A stretch of DNA of 64,000 nucleotides. Origin: Lingula anatina. Lineage: Eukaryota; Animalia; Brachiopoda. Below are positions 59,615 through 64,000 of this stretch, one piece after another. Location of the stretch: the NCBI GenBank assembly GCA_051362555.1, contig CM120643.1, positions 26,850,848 to 26,914,847 on the forward strand. The letters are read 5' to 3'. Each line of letters starts with the position of its first letter. Position 1 is the stretch's first letter. A program made the position numbers and the translations under genes. Under the pieces are notes generated by a model. The model ran no database searches and was not told where the DNA came from. It saw only the letters and a list, made by a program, of their open reading frames with translations.

Positions 59615-60649
59615 GTACGTCGATTTGTTTTCTTTCTAATCAATTAAGTGTATCATTTAACAATAAATGTACGCTTGTGACTGTGGGGTCTATCTCTGGT
59701 GGATCCAGGATTCGTCTTTGATGGAGGAGGGAAGGGGCAGGAGGGTTAAATATTCATCATTTTCGACATTTTATTTTCCAACCAAACGAAATAAATAAGC
59801 CAGTAAATAAACAACTTGGGTTGGAACACTTGGTGACAAAGGTTTATCAACTGATTCTCGTCCGTTGAAGGCCCAGTATAGCCCAAAATATTCTTCCCAT
59901 GAATCCCCTATAGCAAAGTCTTGTTTTCCACAAATAAAAATCCAAATTGGCCGCCATTGAATGGGGTTGGTCACCTTGAAGTCCATATCTTGGAAAGACA
60001 ATGAAACAGAGATATTTTAAAGTATCAATTCTACTAAATAAGGTACTTTCAATCTATTGCAACTATTACCAAGGTCACTTAAGGTCAAGATCGTGACTGT
60101 TTAACAAGGTCAAGGCATTTTGGAGCAAAAAGCCATAATGTCTATATTAAAGTTTCCTAGTGTCATAGAAACATGTTATAAAAATACCTACCAAGTGAAG
60201 CACTGCCAAATACTTGCAACTTTTTTCAAGGTCATCAGAGGCCAAGGTTATGAACAAATTTCAATGTCATGGTACTTTTCGGGGGAATAATGTCATATTA
60301 TCTATATCCTGCTAACCGTATGTCACTAAAACATGTTTAATATACCAATTCCTAGTAAATGAGAATTTAACAACCAATTGCAACCAATTTAAAGGCTACC
60401 AGAGGTTAAGGTCATGACATTTTCAAGCGTAAATACCATAATTTCTCAATAAGCAAATGTCACCTACAGAAACGTGTTTAACGTGCCAATCAACGCCTAG
60501 TAAATGGGGCCCTGTCAATCATTTGCAACTATTTCCAAATTCACTCGAGGCCCAGGCTTAACTTTGCAAGGCCATCATGGAATTTAATAGAAGTTTGATT
60601 CTGTGGTGATCAAAATGCAACACATATAAATGTGCATCACCCTTTTTTA

Positions 60650-61630
60650 CGCGAGCGCGAGCTCTTCATTAAACCATGTGAGTTCGGATCACAATCTTCC
60701 GTACGGGTAGCGAGCAAATCGCGGTTGTCGATGACTTTTGTGTCATTTGGAGAGGTAGATGGCTTCCAGATGGCGGATGAGACAATAAACCTATAGAGAT
60801 TAAGTATAAGTACAATTTGTTCTATCAATTTGGCAGCTATAAAATAATTTGTTATTTTTGTTCATGAGGGAATTCGAAATGTCCTATGTGGTGATGGCAA
60901 TCTCGTTTGTTGGCGTAAAATGAGCATTCAAAATTGTATAATTGTAGTGTAGCGTACATGCTTTTAGCTATGATCCGAAAAGAAATTATTTCTAGTGTCA
61001 AAATTTTCTCTCTCTGTGAGTAATTAGCCTGAGATGCGCCAAAAATGATACCTTCAATCGTGTCTTAAATTAAAATGACGCAATTTCTCTCTGATTTCTT
61101 AGGCTCGCTGACAATTCTTTAAGGCTGGTAATTTTTATGTACCTTTTAATAAAGATGACTCGTCTCGTTAAATAAAGATGACTTCGACACCGCTGCGTAC
61201 TTTATATATAGATCCATGCTAATTGCTAAAGTCTGCTCTATTTTTGGAATGATAATTAATATTTTTTTTACTTTCAATATCGGCTCTCGTTGTAATATGG
61301 CATCACACGCAATTTGTGACACACAAAATCGCACCCGTGGGTCTTTTAATATCCCTTTATCAAAGTTGACAACAACACTGCAGTGAACTGCATATATATG
61401 TACATTTTACCGGCTAACGTCTAGTCGAATTTGGATATGCTAATTAATTTTTTTTTACACTCAATATCGGTTCTCGTTGCAATAAGGCACCACCCATGCA
61501 TTTGTAACACACAAAAACGCACCTGGGGGACTTTTGATGCTTTTTTAAAATTAAAAAAAAAAATTAAAAATATTAAAATATCCTTTTTCTCAAAGTTGAA
61601 ATCAGCACTGTCTTGAACTGTATATACATG
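60650..61630. mobile_element. Partial copy of the 48389-49987 element family
   Basis: gcgcgagctcttcat.aaaccatgtg.gttcggatcac and the ~180-bp internal repeats (caatatcggctctcg...acacaaaaacgcac) are shared. Confidence 0.7.
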
Positions 61631-62571
61631 TATATAGGGCCTATATGTGCATTATTAAGATATTTCTGTTAGAATTAGATTTACACAATGTTCTTAATGT
61701 TTCCTAATGTTACTTCAAGTACACAATGACATCTCCCCTCATTCATTTCAGCGATTTTTTATTGACTTATTACTGCTTACCCATTGGTATCATTTCATTT
61801 TAACTAACAGAATTTCTTGAATTTTTGCTTTAATTTTCTGATGTTCTATTGAATCCAATTAAATCAAATTGATCCGGAAAACAAGTTTGAAGTCTGAGCA
61901 GTTTCTCAAGCTTCTGAACGATTTCGTTAAGACCAAATCTCTATTACAGTAGCAGAAAGGTTAGCAGAAGACGTTATCTGTCCTTCTGAAATTGAACTGA
62001 ATGACTCCTAACCCAGTGGCGGATTTAGAGGGGGGGGGGGGGGGGGGGGGGGGGGATGGGGTCGGGGGTCCTGACCCCCCCCCCTTCGATTTCTGGTCCC
62101 CCTCTTGAAATTATAATTTTGACTAGCTGAATCATAGTTGTAAACGATACCAAATGGCACTATCCGCCCTTTTAAATACCAAAAATTCTCGGGCCCTTAC
62201 GAAATGATATTGAAACTGCTTCTGTGACACTGGATTACAATGATTTAGATAATATGGGAAAAAATGCAGTGTCCTTGAAATTAGGGTCATAGCCCTGAAC
62301 CCTGGTGACTCTGAAAAAAGTTGCAAAAGATTGGCGGTACCTCATTCAAAAGAGATGATGCTAAATATGTTTTATAACATTAGGTTACCAATATTAGGAC
62401 ATCATGTTATTTTTTGCGCGCAAAGTGTCTTGACCTTGTGATTAGGTCATGACCTTGATTTCCAGTGACCCTGAAAGAAGTTTTAGATGATTGGGGATCC
62501 CTCACTTAGTATAGGAGTTTATACTTAAAACATGTATCTGTGGCATTGGGTTCCCAAGATATGGACTTTAA

Positions 62572-63320
62572 CAGGGGCGTAACCAGACCTTTTTTTAAAT
62601 TGTACGCACAGAATTTCAAAATTCCCAGGTATAGCTAAATGTAGATCGACTTACGCAAAAGATGAAGGGCCGTTTAAATTATATGTGCCAAATATAATAG
62701 CTTAGTTTTCACCGTTTATAAAATCATTACTTAAAGTTTAAAATATTCCCACAGTATAATTAAGTTCCAGTAAATTATTTCACCCAGAACCAACGCTTTT
62801 TCCGGCATTGGGGTGCAGGCCGTCCATAATTGCCATCTGTATCTTACTTCAAAATTTCAGGGCCTCAAACTTTTCCAAAAGCCGTGAGCGGGGGTGGGGG
62901 TGGGGTACAAATTAATGGAGTCTTTTTTTAATAATAAATTTCATTGGGAAAGAGGGTTAAAAATAATTGATACCGATCTCCCGTCACGCTCTTCCACGAA
63001 AGACCGCCCTTGTATGAATATAAAAATTGCCTTCTCGTCTCGCTCGGATCGCGAACGATCTCTGGCTGACAATCTTCTGCGAACGAAGTCCATTGAACGA
63101 ATGTGAAAATCGCTTTCTCTTTTCGCTCAGATCACGCTCGATCTCCCGCTGAAGATACAAAAATTGGCTTCTTGTCTCGCTGCGGTCGGTAACTATCTCT
63201 TGTTCCCGATCCTCGGTTAACGAAGTCTCTTGAACAAATATGAAAATTGCCTTCTAGTCTGTTTCGGATTGCGAAGATTCTCTCGCCGAAGATTTAAAAA
63301 TTGCCTTTCTTATGCATTAG
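62572..63320. mobile_element. Element related to 50849-51794 with degenerate internal tandem repeats; right end not located
   Basis: caggggcgtaaccagacc...aaattgtacgcacag; repeats aaaattgccttct..tctcgctcggatc at 63020-63310. Confidence 0.5.
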
Positions 63321-64000
63321 CTTTGTCAGATGCCATACGTATAAAGATCCGAAAGGTGTCCTCTTTCATAATATGGCGGCAAGTTAGGTCATATTTCATT
63401 TAGGGCCTACACGTGTTTTGTACCGAATGTAGATCATTCTTGTCACTTCTGCATTATGTATTTTAAAGTTAATGGAAACATTTTATTGTGTTTTGTAAGC
63501 TTAAGGTAGTAGTTACGTCGTGACTGAAAAACACCGTGCACTAGAAAGAAGTTTAATATTCATACGTCAAATTACTGCAATGGATTTTCATACGACGTCC
63601 ACAGCTGCCCCGACAAGTTAAGACTTTTTTAATCAGCTGCTGTCCAATTGGCAGCTGGAGGACTCGCTGAAAAAAGCCTTGCTTAGAATGGTATATTTAT
63701 TGAACTAAGGGCTTACTGACACAAACTATGAAAACATATGCAAATTATGCCCGCTTGTATCAAGCTAAATTCTTAATAACGGTGAGGCACCTTTGTTCGA
63801 TGTGGTTTGTTGCGGTTATCCCGAGTTGTCAGAAAATAATCTTAAGAACAGTTGATCGTTGTAGGATTCTTACACCTTCTTGCTATATTATTCGTCATGT
63901 CCATGGTCAGCTTAAAGATGAATCTTCTAAAAGTTGAACTTATATATGGTATCATCCAAAATCAACCAATTATATTACAGGATAAAGCTCTGTTTGTTTG

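Noticed and set aside
59770-62570. AGGTCA/TGACCT-rich tracts as nuclear-receptor response elements, and poly-G runs as functional G-quadruplexes
   Set aside because: They sit in repeat-like intronic sequence typical of non-autonomous transposons, with no paralog conservation.

Overview
AT-rich, intron-containing animal genomic DNA, probably from a marine invertebrate (taxon not determinable). The backbone is a head-to-tail array of four + strand paralogous receptor genes, with signal-peptide exons at 9362, 35564 and 59541. Gene A (<289-6626, 3' part only) encodes C-type-lectin-like, Ig-like?, SEA-like, HYR and GCC2/GCC3 domains, a TM helix and a Tyr-rich tail. Gene B (9362-26685) is a pseudogene. 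Gene C (35564-55411) is intact by manual splicing (17 exons, about 790 aa): signal peptide, EMI, NIM-type EGF, 12 calcium-binding EGFs, TM and tail. Gene D shows only its first exon (59541-59614). A, B and C end in a homologous phase-1 TM+tail exon with tandem YxxL/I/M motifs 9-12 aa apart (ITAM-like), preceded by an NxxY motif in A and C. The locus therefore looks like a Draper/Nimrod-like receptor cluster evolving by exon shuffling, EGF-exon duplication and gene birth-and-death. Introns and spacers are packed with transposons: a four-level nest containing a BEL/Pao LTR element with an in-frame loss of RT/RNase H, an L2 LINE, a Penelope element with a decayed hammerhead motif, Tc1 and pogo-like relics, Helentron-type repeats and MITEs. 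Exon and domain calls were made by eye; no database search was run.
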